This document shows, piece by piece, positions 11,555 to 22,699 of a stretch of DNA of 38,272 nucleotides. The notes below the pieces were generated by a model. It saw nothing but the letters and a program-made list of their open reading frames with translations, was not told where the DNA came from and searched no databases. The translations under genes and the position numbers were made by a program. The stretch spans positions 1 to 38,272 of the forward strand of contig CAJFCJ010000121.1 in assembly GCA_904063045.1 (NCBI GenBank), given 5' to 3'. This stretch comes from Dimorphilus gyrociliatus. Taxonomy: Eukaryota; Animalia; Annelida. The first letter of the stretch is position 1, and the number at the start of each line of letters is the position of its first letter.

Positions 11555-12445
11555 TTATAATGGAATAACAACATATACTGGGGCTGTTCTCATTCATGAA
11601 AATTATGCCTTAACCACAGCCAGTGTTGTTAAAAATCAGTAAATATTGATTTTATATCTATTTTTTTGTTAATAACTGAAATTTATTGATCTTGTTTTTT
11701 TCTTATCTTTTTATATATTATAGACAAGCAATTTATAGAATTGTGGTAGGAACAGATTCTTTTCCTGGAGGCAAAACCTATGAGGTTTCAAATATAATTA
11801 GACATCCAGAATTTAGCAATGGTTTTGAGAATAACATTGCTCTTTTAAAATTGAAAAATATTGTAAAAATGTCAGAAAAAATTAATATTGCCTGTGTTTT
11901 AAATACAACTCTAATTGGCTCTGAAAATCACAACTGTTACATTTCAGGTTTTGGAAGATTATTTCCTACAGAATGTAAATTCATAAATAAATTGTACTCT
12001 TTGCAATTAAAAGGGTAATTTATTATTTATTTTTTTTTCAAAAAGTTCAACTTCCTCTGTTAAGAAAAGCAAATCAAAAATTAAAGACAAAATTACAGTG
12101 TAATCAAATAGTACCAGATGTCAATTTAAATTATGACAAAATTGTCCGTTCTATTGGAGAATCAGGAGAACAAGCATGCATTGTATGTAAAACAGAATTA
12201 TCTGTAGATATTCCTTTTTTAATTTGAGTTTTCTCTTTTGAAAAGAGTGATTTAGGTGGTGGATTATTTTGCAAAAGGAATAACAGATGGACATTGTTTG
12301 GTATACAATCAAATTTTGTCAAAGGATGCAAATATGGGTTAACTATTAACCAATAAGTTGGATCCTATTACAATTGGATATAACAAACAATATTGAACCA
12401 ATAAGAATAAAGAATGAAATCTATGATTTGTGTCCTCTTAAATGT
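11555..12445 (+). pseudogene. Spliced trypsin-like serine protease homolog, non-catalytic, with a premature stop
   Basis: GAVLIHENYALTTASVV, ENNIALLKL, CYISGFG, ACI|SDLGGGLFC and VGSYYNWI. Catalytic His, Asp and Ser are replaced by Ser, Asn and Leu. An in-frame TAA lies near 12354. Confidence 0.75.
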
Positions 12446-12759
12446 ATGTGTGAGTGAAGTTCTGAATATTATAAATGTATAAATATATGCTTCTCTTCTT
12501 TGGCAACTTATCATTTGGCTTCATTTGACCTGACCTTGTTTTGTCCTTAGAATATGAGATCAGATCAACCTGCCTGATAAAGTTAAAAGAATAAATTAAA
12601 ATGAAATTGTTAATGCAACTATGAAATACAAAACTACATTTTCTAAAGGTCGTGCTATAATAGAGAAGCTATTTTGTAAAAATTGAAAAATAAGAAATTC
12701 CCCTATTTAAAAATAACTTAAAATGAACTTGGCTTTTTCTTTTTCTTCCTTTTAAAGTG

Positions 12760-13442
12760 AGAAAATAAAACAGGATAATCTCAATTACCTATCAGTTGTA
12801 TCTAAAGGATGGTACTACATCAATATTGGAACAAAAATGAAAGCAGCAACCTCTGCAAAGATTGCCCTAACAATTAACAATGAAATGAGATCTGAATGTT
12901 CTTTTGGTAGAGGACATACCAAATTCAAAAAGTGCTGATCAAGCATCCAGAACATTTGTTGTCTATTTAAATTCTACTGACCAATTGAGGTTAAAGCTTA
13001 TTAGTGGAACAGTTGACGAAATAGCCTTTATGACAGCATTCCGGCTAAATGAAACTGTTCCAAAATTCTATGCTTATAGAACATCAATTTCCCTGTTGTA
13101 TCTACAACAAAAATACAATATGACAAGATAGTTCTAGATTCCCATGAATCGTGGAATTCCAATCAGAATAGCTACAGAGCAAGCCAACCAGGCATGTATT
13201 ACATTGATGTATCAGTTGGAGCATTGGAAAGACAACAAGTAGTTGTTCGGATTCTTAGAAATAACATAATACAACTTTCAATGAATAGAGTTAGTACTAC
13301 TCATCAATCATATGATACACTCAGTAGAGGAAATTTAGTTAAAATGGTCAAGGGAGATCTAATCACAGTTGAAACTATTGATAGTCTTTATAGTTCTGTT
13401 TGGAAGTTAGTTTCACTAACAATATTCTACGTTTCGAAATAG
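12760..13442 (+). pseudogene. Tandem C1q/TNF-like domains, frameshifted
   Basis: Two GWYYINIG / GMYYIDVSVG motifs, each followed by (A/L)SR..VV.L / LSRGNLVKMVKGDLITV..LYS..SLTIFYV. The reading is split over several frames. Confidence 0.55.
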
Positions 13443-14068
13443 ACAGATGTTGTCATTTGATTCATTTTGAATTGAAAAATTTTCAAATGATTGATGACAT
13501 ATCTTGTGTTGAAATGAAGCAACAATTATTAATCTTTGTCTTTTTATAATCATAAAGTCTGATTTTATTAAAAATTATTCCAAATTTCATAAATAATAAG
13601 AATAATAATGCTAAAATGTTATTTTTAGCTTGTCATCTGTTTTCAAACTAGACATTTAAAAACAACTTTCTCCAACTTTGAAAAACAATAGTTCATCATT
13701 CTTCTTGCCTCAATGCAGTGAATTTTTTCCTACAGTATGGACAAGTATTTTTTATCTGTCTTGTCCAATTTTTTAAATTCGTCATGTAAAAAACTAATTT
13801 ATTTAGAAAGTTTGTACATAGATTAATTTCCATACACCAAAAACAAATCTATTTACAAAATTTCATTATATATTTATTGTTTAAAAATGCTTATTTTTTG
13901 TTGCTTTTTGTTCAATATGTTGAGAGTGTTTTTTCCTTTTCTCAGCTACTGAATATGACTTTTCAAAGATATCCCCATCCAGAAAAAATTAACCCAACAT
14001 TTACAAGTTTTACTTATAATAGTCTCTTGATACAAATCAAGCATATTCTATTAATTGTTTTTAATTGA

Positions 14069-14974
14069 ATGAACAATAATTTTGGAAAATCTTTTGAGAC
14101 TCTTTTCAATAGTCATATTTTGAGTTATCCATTACTTGGAAATTTAAAAATTTATGAACACAAAAAGCTATATAACAGAATCAAACTTCACTTTGAGGAA
14201 TTTCAAGAGAATGTCAATACTGAGATCAAGAATTATTACAAAGAACAAATTGACTTAAATCAATTTTTTTATTTAAAACCTCTTCTTAAAACTCCTGCAA
14301 GTTGGGGACAAGTGGAGAATTCCTTACCATATGTCATTTATCAAGTACTAAAGACTAAACCCAATTGTATGGAGGGTGCTGAAATATTTAATGATGTAAT
14401 TGCTGAAATCAAAGAAATGTATTTTGATCAACTTGTTGAACCAGAAGTAAATGAACAACTCAATTCAACATTGATAATTGATAATCAAAACCAGAATGAA
14501 ACAAGCCATTTTGCACCCACATCAACTTCATCACCAATACCAATATCAAATGAAAATGAAAATGATAATGAAAATTGTAAAAAAATTAAAGATGCTAATG
14601 AAAGGTATTTTAATTTGGAAAACAACAATCATTTAGCAATTAGGTCTTTCAATTTTCTGGAAGAAATTGAAAGATTTTTTCCAAAAAGAAAACAAAGAAA
14701 AATTTTAAAAACATTTTGCCCCACAATGGATTTTTGTACAGAAACTGTAATTATATCAGACTATTTTACTGACATTAAAGTTCCAGATTTTAAAAAAATT
14801 TTTCAAAAAAATAATATTAAGAATGTTCAATTATTATTATTCAAAAAGTTATCATTCAATACTTTTCCATATTTGCTGGTTGAGTGGCCTTTAAAGGATA
14901 AAAAAATTATTGTCATTTTGAAAGAATATCCAAAGAAACTCAAATTTGAAATTGTTGACTTTTTAAAGTTATAA
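14069..14974 (+). CDS. Hypothetical intronless protein (301 aa)
   Basis: Long ORF in very AT-rich DNA with a helical N-terminus, Asn/Glu-rich linker and alpha/beta-like C-terminus. No domain recognised. Confidence 0.45.
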   Translation: MNNNFGKSFETLFNSHILSYPLLGNLKIYEHKKLYNRIKLHFEEFQENVNTEIKNYYKEQIDLNQFFYLKPLLKTPASWGQVENSLPYVIYQVLKTKPNCMEGAEIFNDVIAEIKEMYFDQLVEPEVNEQLNSTLIIDNQNQNETSHFAPTSTSSPIPISNENENDNENCKKIKDANERYFNLENNNHLAIRSFNFLEEIERFFPKRKQRKILKTFCPTMDFCTETVIISDYFTDIKVPDFKKIFQKNNIKNVQLLLFKKLSFNTFPYLLVEWPLKDKKIIVILKEYPKKLKFEIVDFLKL

Positions 14975-15389
14975 CCTAATATGCCAAAGGATATCTACTT
15001 ATTTTAAAAAAATATTTTCCAAGTAGGATAGAAAATAATTTGGGTTGGAGTGGCTTTCATTTAATTGATTTTGACCCAAACAAATATAAAAAAGAGCAGA
15101 CAATGTTTCTTAAATTTATAAAATATGTTTTTTTGGAAAAGAAATTGGTTTAGAAACAATATTTTCTATTTCATTTTTATTTGTATATATGTTTTTAACT
15201 TTTATATTCAGTTTTCTCTTTTTCTTGTACTTTTTTTCTATATATATATATATATCTTTGTGTATTTCAACTTTTGTAGTTTTTTCTACCTTTTTCTAAT
15301 AAATTTTAGTTTTCAATTTTAAACAACCGTCTTACATATTTTCTTATTTATTCTTTTATAAAGTTTATAAACATCTTCTGACAATAATT

Positions 15390-16640
15390 TTGCTTCAAAT
15401 TTGATCAAAATCGGCCCAGTAGTTGCTGAGATATGGATTCTTTTGAATGTTGTACTGTAACACTATTACAGGCTAATATAAAGAAGAAAATATTCGTCAC
15501 AAAAAACCTAAATTTATTATTAATAATCACAGAGCTTTCAAATTTTGTACATAGACTAATATTGATATGCCAATTTCAAATCTTTTTACAGATTTTAATT
15601 ATCTCTTATAGTTTTTGAGTTATGGTGCGTTAAAAAATAATACATTTTCTTATATAATTCATTATAATAATTAATATTTTTTAAATGACATATACTTAAT
15701 TAATGTATGAAATTGTTTTAAACTTTGATTTTGGTGTGTTTTTTCTTTGACTGCTAACTTTCTACTACCTAGAGTTGAAAGTACATTTAGGATTGCAAAA
15801 TTCCAATTCATAGACTTCATATTCAAAGAATATAAAAAAGAACAAACTTGTCTCTTGAAACTTCTGAAGCAGTTTTTGAAACAATTATATAGACAATAAC
15901 TTTATCATTATTTTTCATTTCATATGTTTTTAATTCTAGATTATAGAGATTTATTTGTTTTTCATTTTTATATACCTTTTTCTTTTTAAATAAAACAACC
16001 TTTTAAAACAAATATTAATACTTTTCTTTCAATTAACTTTTACAATTTTGATTCATTGTAATTTAATATGGTCTCATTCTGTCATTAATTTTACTTCAAA
16101 TTTGATCAAAATCGTCCAAGTAGTTGCTGAGATATGGATTCCTATGAATGTTATATTAAAACTCAGCTTGTAACATTAAAATATCCGTCATCAAAAACCT
16201 AAATTACTTATTAATTATCATAGAGCTTTCAAATTTTGCACATAAACCAATATGGATATGCTGATTGCAAATCTTTTTACAGAATTCAAATATCTCCTAT
16301 AGTTTGGGAGCTATGGTGCGTTAAATTTTAATGCAGTTTCCTTATATAATTCAGTATTCTAATTAATATTTTTTAAATGAGAAATACTTAATAAATGTAC
16401 CAATGGTCTTTCTAATTGTACATATTTTTTTTCTGACAATAATTTTGGTGAAAATTTCATGAAAATTGGCCAAGTAGTTGCTGAGATATGGATTCTAAGG
16501 AACACTACATATATACTCTGTTGTAAGCCTTAAAATATTCATCAGGAAAAAACTAGATTTATTATTAATTATGATAGAGCTTTGAATTTCGTACATATAC
16601 TAAAATTGACTTCCTTATCTCAAATATTTTTATTGAATTT
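15390..16640. repeat. Degenerate dispersed AT-rich repeat units related to 6632-7172
   Basis: AAAAT(C/T)G(G/T)CC(C/A)AGTAGTTGCTGAGATATGGATTC occurs three times (near 15408, 16108, 16463). The AAATCTTTTTACAGA core follows the first two copies. Confidence 0.6.
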
Positions 16641-17371
16641 ATCCTTTTTATTTTTCAACCTAGCTTGCCTTGAAGTTTAGTGCATTTTCCTTCTAAAATT
16701 CATTATAAAAATTATTATGTTTTAAATAGGATATATTGAATTGATATAATGAATATATTTCTAAACAGTAATTTCAATTTTCTATTGCATTGAACTCTTA
16801 CAGTAAGTTCTCATACACAGACTTTGTTAGATTATCAGTTTTCTCACAGTTTACTAATTTCATGCTGTCACATATCTGTTAGCATTATATAATTTTATCT
16901 AAGCTGGATTAGCTTGTGGCATGTTCCCACAGGATTTTCCATGTGTCTTATATATAAGGTGAATATGTTTTCACAGAAATCATTTATAGTTTGAAGATTA
17001 AGGAGTCAGCATCACATTAAAAATAGCTGGTCTTATGAACAGCTTCTACAATTCCTTTCAAAATATACATCCTTCAATGATAGAATGGTATGTAGATATG
17101 TCATTAAACAGGAAAGTGTGTTATATATATTTGGAATGTTTTATTCACATGGTTCATATTTAGTTTGAAGAAGGAGTCAAAATCACATTTAAAATACCCA
17201 ATTAAATGAACATCCCCTACAATTGCTGATGATATTAAAATGGTATGTACAAATTCTGATATACAGTATCATAATACATAGCACTTTCAATATGATATAT
17301 ATTAAAAAAAGACCTGAAGAAGTGAATTCCCTATTGGAATCCTTCAACCTCTCTGTAGGTGTAGGTTAATA

Positions 17372-17428
17372 GACCCTGATGAGTCCTTGGTCATAAAAAT
17401 AGAGAGGAGGACAAAACCATGGTAGGTC
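17372..17428 (+). ncRNA. Type I hammerhead ribozyme with a core mutation (GAAA to AAAA)
   Basis: GACC CTGATGA GTCC..GGAC AAAA CCATGG TA GGTC; identical to 36737-36793 except for the core G to A change. Confidence 0.8.
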
Positions 17429-19538
17429 AAGTTGGTAGGAAAAAAATTTAAGAAAAAAATTTTTTCTGTTGGAAATTGTTTTAAATGTCGATTTTGGTGT
17501 ATTTTTTCTTTGACTGCTTCCCAAAATCAACTGGGACTCTTGAAATGTGAGAATCCTGTTTCTCTTTTTTGATTTAGTCAAAAAAAAACCCTTTGCAAAC
17601 CCCAACAAGTAAAGAGAATGTGGAATGAGAGGAACTAATACATAAACCTTAATCAATGACTAAAACAAAACTTTTTCCATAAGATTGACTTTTTTCAATT
17701 CAAAATTAAATTTTTTGACTTTAGCTTTCAAAATTTTTTCTTTTTACTTTAAAAAAGGGATAAAGATTCTTAAATATGTACCTGTGGTGTAATTAACATT
17801 TTTGGTAAATTGCTAGAGTTTGTTGTGTTGATAATGTCTTGCTGTTAAAACCAAATGATGAAATTCTTTAGAGTCAGTATACACTTATGGTGATTTTAAA
17901 TTTCTGATGGTAGTAGTAATATATCTTTGTACATTTTTGATTACTTTTGTAAAAGCTTGTATAGTTTTGTACATTTTTGTATTTTTTAAAATATTGCTTA
18001 AAATAAGTTGTTGATGTTTTTATCATGGTGATTTTAAATTTTCTCATGGTTTTAGCTTGAGTATGAGTTTTTGCTTGAGTATGAGTTTTAGCCTGAGTTT
18101 GAGTTTGTTTTTTAGTTTGATTGTGAGTTTAAATTAAAATTTGAGTTTAATTTGTGTATTAAACTGGTTTTAATTTGATGTAAATATGGTTAGTAGTTTA
18201 CAGATTTTTTTTGTGATCTTTATAAAGGTTTCTATATTCTTCCCAAATCTTTTACATTTCTAATATTTATAAAAATCCCCTATTGTAGTATATTGTAGAG
18301 AACATTTTAAATATTCTCAGTAACTAACCTTTATTCTTAAGCTAAAATTAAAAAAATACTTTTCTTATCAATCTACTTCCAGTATAAACACCACCATATT
18401 TGACATTAAAACATTTCACCAATTTTAATATCACTCACTTCAAAAACTCACATATATTCTCTTAATTTTTTCCAATCCATTCATTAGCCAAAACAATGAA
18501 TCATAACTGGCTCAAACAAATGAATGTTGGAAAAGACTCTTTCAACTACCAATACCATAAATTGTAATCTTAATTCACTACATGGAATAATCCTTCCATT
18601 CCAGTAACAAACATAAATCATAAATCAATAAAGGAATTAGGAACCTCTCTATTCAGCATACAAAACACTCTTCCCAATCCATTCATTAGCCAAATCAAAC
18701 TATCTGGAATTAACTAAATGAATGTTGGCAAGAAACTTTTACACACAAAAACAGATTACCTAAGGCTTTCACACATTTACTTACAAATGATTTATTTAAC
18801 CCACTTTCCAATCCATTCATTAGCCAGAACAACCTATCACTTGGCAAAGTAAATGAATGTTGGAAAATACAATACAAGAAAAACAGGTTAGTCTTCAAAC
18901 AATATTATTTAATAATTTGCAAATTAACAATCCTCTAATCTTTAGCCATAAAATTAAATTAACCATACTTTCTACATAATACAACATATGTATCACACTT
19001 CATTCATTTACACTCACTTATTTTATATACTTTCAATTAATTAACCAATTCCTTTACACATACTTAATTCATCAACTAGCCATAAATAATAATACAATTC
19101 ATACTTTTATTTTTTCACTTTTTCAATTTTGAATTTTTACTTTTATTAAAACTTTTATTGTTATTCCATTCCTGGTTGCTACTATTTACCCAACTTATTT
19201 TATTTTATTCTATATCACTTTTCTTATTTTTTAGGTCTGCAATTTTTGTTTTTTCTGTCTTTGCTGTTTTTCCAAACTGTCAGTATATATATCCCCTCAA
19301 TTTACTGTTATTTATTCCTTACACTCTGATTCAAGTCCATAGATGCTTTCTTTAATAACTTGTTAATTTAAAAAGTTTTAAACTATTTTGGTCTCTTATT
19401 TTAATTTTTAATTATTTTTTAATTTAATTCCAAATTTTACTCCACAAGAATCTTTATCAACAAACAAATAAATAAATCAAAAATCTAGAGAGAAACTTCT
19501 TATAAGATTCTCAAACCTCTCTGTCATGTAGCTCAGTA

Positions 19539-19599
19539 GACCCTGAAGAGTCCCAGGTTTAAAAATTTAGTAGAGAGGGGGACGAAACCAAGGTAGGTC
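19539..19599 (+). ncRNA. Type I hammerhead ribozyme (intact core)
   Basis: GACC CTGAAGA GTCCC..GGGAC GAAA CCAAGG TA GGTC; predicted cleavage after GUA at 19595. Confidence 0.88.
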
Positions 19600-19920
19600 A
19601 AGTAGGTAGGAAAAAAATTTAAGAAAAAAATTTTTTCTGTTGGAAATTGTTTTAAATGTCAATTTTGGTGTATTTTTTCTTTGACTGCTTCCCAAAATCA
19701 ACTGGGACTCTTGAAATGTGAGAATCCTGTTTCTCTTTTTTGATTTAGTCAAAAAAAACCCTTTGCTAACCCTAACCATTTATACATTTATAATACAACA
19801 AAGTACAAATACTTGCATAATTCATTTTATTAAATTTTTCAAAATTTTATTGTATTTCAGTGCACAAAAGAAAGCAATCGTTTTAGCACATTAGTATGAA
19901 ATGTTATCTTAGCCTCATTG

Positions 19921-20215
19921 CTAACACTTGTCCCTACAGTTTTCACGTTCATTGCCAGGTACATTGTTACACTTAGTTAAGCAGTCCCATGTCTGTAAAA
20001 AACACATTGATTTTAATGTTGTTAATAATATATGTTACTCTTTTCAATACCTCTCCTGCTCCTCTCATATTTAATCTTTGTTGAAGTGCATTAATTAATT
20101 CTTTTCTTTCCATTTCTTTCAAAATGGATCTCAAAGTGTTTTCAGACAATGGCAGTGAAAAAGTCTGGAGAGAAAGACAAACAACCAAGCAAACAATTAG
20201 AAGTTTTTTCTCCAT
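19921..20215 (-). CDS. Secreted cysteine-rich peptide precursor (82 aa, 2 exons)
   Basis: Exon 20215-20039 encodes signal peptide MEKKLLIVCLVVCLSLQTFS plus a propeptide ending in KR. A 46-nt GT-AG intron (20038-19993) follows. Exon 19992-19921 encodes TWDCLTKCNNVPGNERENCRDKC*. There is a TATATAA near 20290 and an AATAAA downstream near 19830. Confidence 0.8.
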
Positions 20216-20293
20216 TTTATCAGAATGCAAAACTGTTTCCCTCAGAAAGAAAAGCAATATAAAAATGTCATTTTCTCTCCTGCCCTTATATAG

Positions 20294-20571
20294 ACCAGCT
20301 CAAAACTGGTTTAAAACAAGTTCTATTCTATAAATATAATGAAAGAATATTGTAGTTTTTAAAGAACTTTAAAACAAGTTCTATTTATTGTCAGTGTCTG
20401 AAAAAACAGAATGCACATACATTCAATAGATGAACAATGTTGAACTAATATTGCACTATGCTTGTATTGTAATTGTAGGCCTATGCCTTTTGTGTCAAGG
20501 TTTTTCAACCTACAATATTCTTTCATTATATTTATAGAATAGAACTTGTTTTAAACCAGTTTTGAGCTGGT
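20294..20571. repeat. 62-bp perfect inverted repeat (arms 20294-20355 and 20510-20571)
   Basis: ACCAGCTCAAAACTGGTTTAAAACAAGTTCTATTCTATAAATATAATGAAAGAATATTGTAG and its reverse complement. Confidence 0.9.
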
Positions 20572-20625
20572 TTCGTCCCCCTCTCTACTAAATTTTTAAA
20601 CCTGGGACTCTTCAGGGTCTACTGA
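20569..20625 (-). ncRNA. Truncated hammerhead fragment, inverted relative to 19539-19599
   Basis: Reverse complement of TCAGTAGACCCTGAAGAGTCCC..GGGGACGAAACC. The native 3' strand (TA GGTC) is missing. Confidence 0.8.
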
Positions 20626-21035
20626 AAAACAATACTACAGCAGAAAGAGAAATTGATCAATCAACAAGACCAGTTCCAATTAGAGCAACAGAAGAAATTC
20701 CACAAACATCAACTATTGCAGACAACACTATTGCTACAACACTAAGAGAACAAACTGCAATAACTACAACAAGTGATGAAGTAATTATTGAAGCTGCAGC
20801 CAGAGCAGAAGCAGCAACAACAGCATCAGCAGACACTGGAACAACTATTAAAATAAGTGATTGTAATGCAGTCAATTATACACAAACGGATATTGGTTTA
20901 TTAGAAGAATTGGGTATTAATTTAGAAATTGGCCAAGAAATTGAGATGGAAGAGATAAATGAAGTAGAAGAAGAAGAGGAAGAAATAGTAGATAAATTCT
21001 ACTTTGATTTACAAAAAAAAATGAAAGAAAAATAG
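20625..21035 (+). pseudogene. 5'-truncated Thr/Ala/Glu-rich ORF
   Basis: An open frame with no initiator (KNNTTAEREIDQSTRPVP...EEEEEEIVDKFYFDLQKKMKEK*) starts exactly at the hammerhead-fragment junction. Confidence 0.45.
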
Positions 21036-21046
21036 AGGTAGGTAAT

Positions 21047-21568
21047 ATGTTGATTGTTCAAAGAACTAATAATATTATTGTAGACACTGGTTCTTTAAAT
21101 ATAATTGATAAAACACAAAAAATATTTCTCAGAAAGGTAAAACCACAATTTACAAATGTTACTGATTATACCATTCTTACAGATCAATTTATTAAGTTAG
21201 GTGATAAAAAATGGGAAAAGGTACAATCTATGATTAAAACAGAAAAAAAAATACAAATATTTTGTATTGAAGATTTAAAAATGGGTGATTTACTTCCAAT
21301 TATAACTGGTTGGAAATTAATCACCAGTAATCTTTTTATATATTTAAAGAATATTCCAAAAGACATAGACATAAAAAAAATTGTTAAGCAGTTACCTTTT
21401 TCCAAAAATAATTTGTGTTTTACAAAAAAAACTTTTGACAAAGAAATTTGTCAAAATTTGAAAGTCATGGGATGTAAGTTATTAAATCATCCCAATGAAA
21501 TATGCAAAAAAGAGGAAACTCTTGTTATTAGATTGCTTAGAGAATTAATGTCTGCTGTTAAATGTTAA
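21047..21568 (+). CDS. Hypothetical intronless protein (173 aa)
   Basis: ORF begins 11 nt after the preceding stop; no domain recognised. Confidence 0.4.
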   Translation: MLIVQRTNNIIVDTGSLNIIDKTQKIFLRKVKPQFTNVTDYTILTDQFIKLGDKKWEKVQSMIKTEKKIQIFCIEDLKMGDLLPIITGWKLITSNLFIYLKNIPKDIDIKKIVKQLPFSKNNLCFTKKTFDKEICQNLKVMGCKLLNHPNEICKKEETLVIRLLRELMSAVKC

Positions 21569-21946
21569 TATGTTGTTCAATAATATTTGCTTTGTTTTTA
21601 GGCATTTGTATTAGTTATATATAAATTTATATCTATATTGTAATCTGTTTCATTTTTTAAATGTATATATTTTGGTTTGTTTGAAAATAATAAAAAAACT
21701 TTAAAATACAAAAGATAGTAATTATTCAATTTTATTATTTATCAATATTTTTTTCGTCAGGCTTTTACTTTCACTTAAAAAATTTCACTTTCACTGAAAA
21801 ATTTTTTTACAGGTTAATGTTTTTCTTTTCATGTGGGAAAATATTTCCAATTAGAATTTATAATACTATTATAATGACTTAAGACTGTTTTAAATTTTGT
21901 AAATATATATATATATATATATCTTTAGATGATATCATTAGTATCC

Positions 21947-22639
21947 TGTATAATGTTAATTAACATGTGTATATTTATGCATTTTATTGATAGTTTGAAT
22001 GTTATCTTGAAACTTTGGTTATATTTTACATGCTTGAACTCTATTATTTTATGCAACATATACATGTACATCTTAAAACCTACTCAAGAAAATGCTATAA
22101 CATTGGCCAAACATAAGTCTGATTAGTCAGCTTGAAGGCTCATCTTTAATTACCAATAAAGGTTTGGCCAAGTTATAATTTAATTAACTTGCCTAGGGTG
22201 TGGCCAAGTTATAATTCAATTAACCTTCCTAAATGTTCAACCTTGTAACATCCTGTTACTAAAGATAAATATGAACTACACATTTTGGCAACTGTAAAGT
22301 GATGATTGGATGTCAGAGGCAAACCTCAAAGTATATAAATCCTCACTATTCTCATTTGGCATGCAGCTTCCATCTGGACCCAAGGACCTGGGAAAATCAT
22401 CTGGAAACAACCTCTACTGGAACCATCCATCTACTCCTCAACATTAGAAGACAGTTTGGTAATTTGGCAACTTGCTTTTACAAACTATCTACTCTGCTAT
22501 CAAACTCTCATATTGTTACTTGCTTAAGTATTATTATTGGGAATAAACCGTTTTAATTTAAACATTTGTTTAAAGGTTGAGTAGAACCAGTACTGTTATA
22601 ACTTGCAAATGCATAGATTTTGCCAGCAAGAGCAGTACA
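21947..22639 (+). mobile_element. 5' LTR of the same family as 2400-3034
   Basis: TGTATAA...GTACA termini; matches the first LTR from 22011 onward; followed by a PBS. The exact 5' start is inferred. Confidence 0.85.
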
Positions 22640-22643
22640 AATT

Positions 22644-22661
22644 TGGCGCAGTCAACAGGAT
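22644..22661 (+). other. Primer-binding site, tRNA-Ser type
   Basis: TGGCGCAGTCAACAGGAT, 4 nt after the LTR, resembles the tRNA-Ser PBS TGGCGCAGTCGGTAGGAT of some insect gypsy-family elements. Confidence 0.75.
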
Positions 22662-22699
22662 AATATTTTGGTTTATTCAAAAGTTTTGAGAAAGTAAAT

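Larger units (their letters stand above)
16800..19777 (+). mobile_element. Non-autonomous hammerhead-bearing PLE-type element, copy 1
   Basis: Inverted homolog of 34314-37370. It has direct repeats at ~17335-17605 and ~19505-19777, each holding a hammerhead, and ends in CTAACCCTAACC (19766-19777). Confidence 0.8.

Noticed and set aside
17366-17656. Four similar short ORFs (..FFLTKSKKRNRILTFQESQ..) at 17366, 19567, 34309 and 36496
   Set aside because: They are antisense readings of the hammerhead-containing direct repeats, with inconsistent starts and ends.
21903-21922. (TA)n tract before the 5' LTR (also near 15240)
   Set aside because: An ordinary microsatellite with no further structure.
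2400-22639. A single giant 20-kb LTR element bounded by the two LTRs
   Set aside because: The PPT lies outside-left of the first LTR and the PBS outside-right of the second, so these are the 3' and 5' ends of two separate insertions. The flanks show no TSD.
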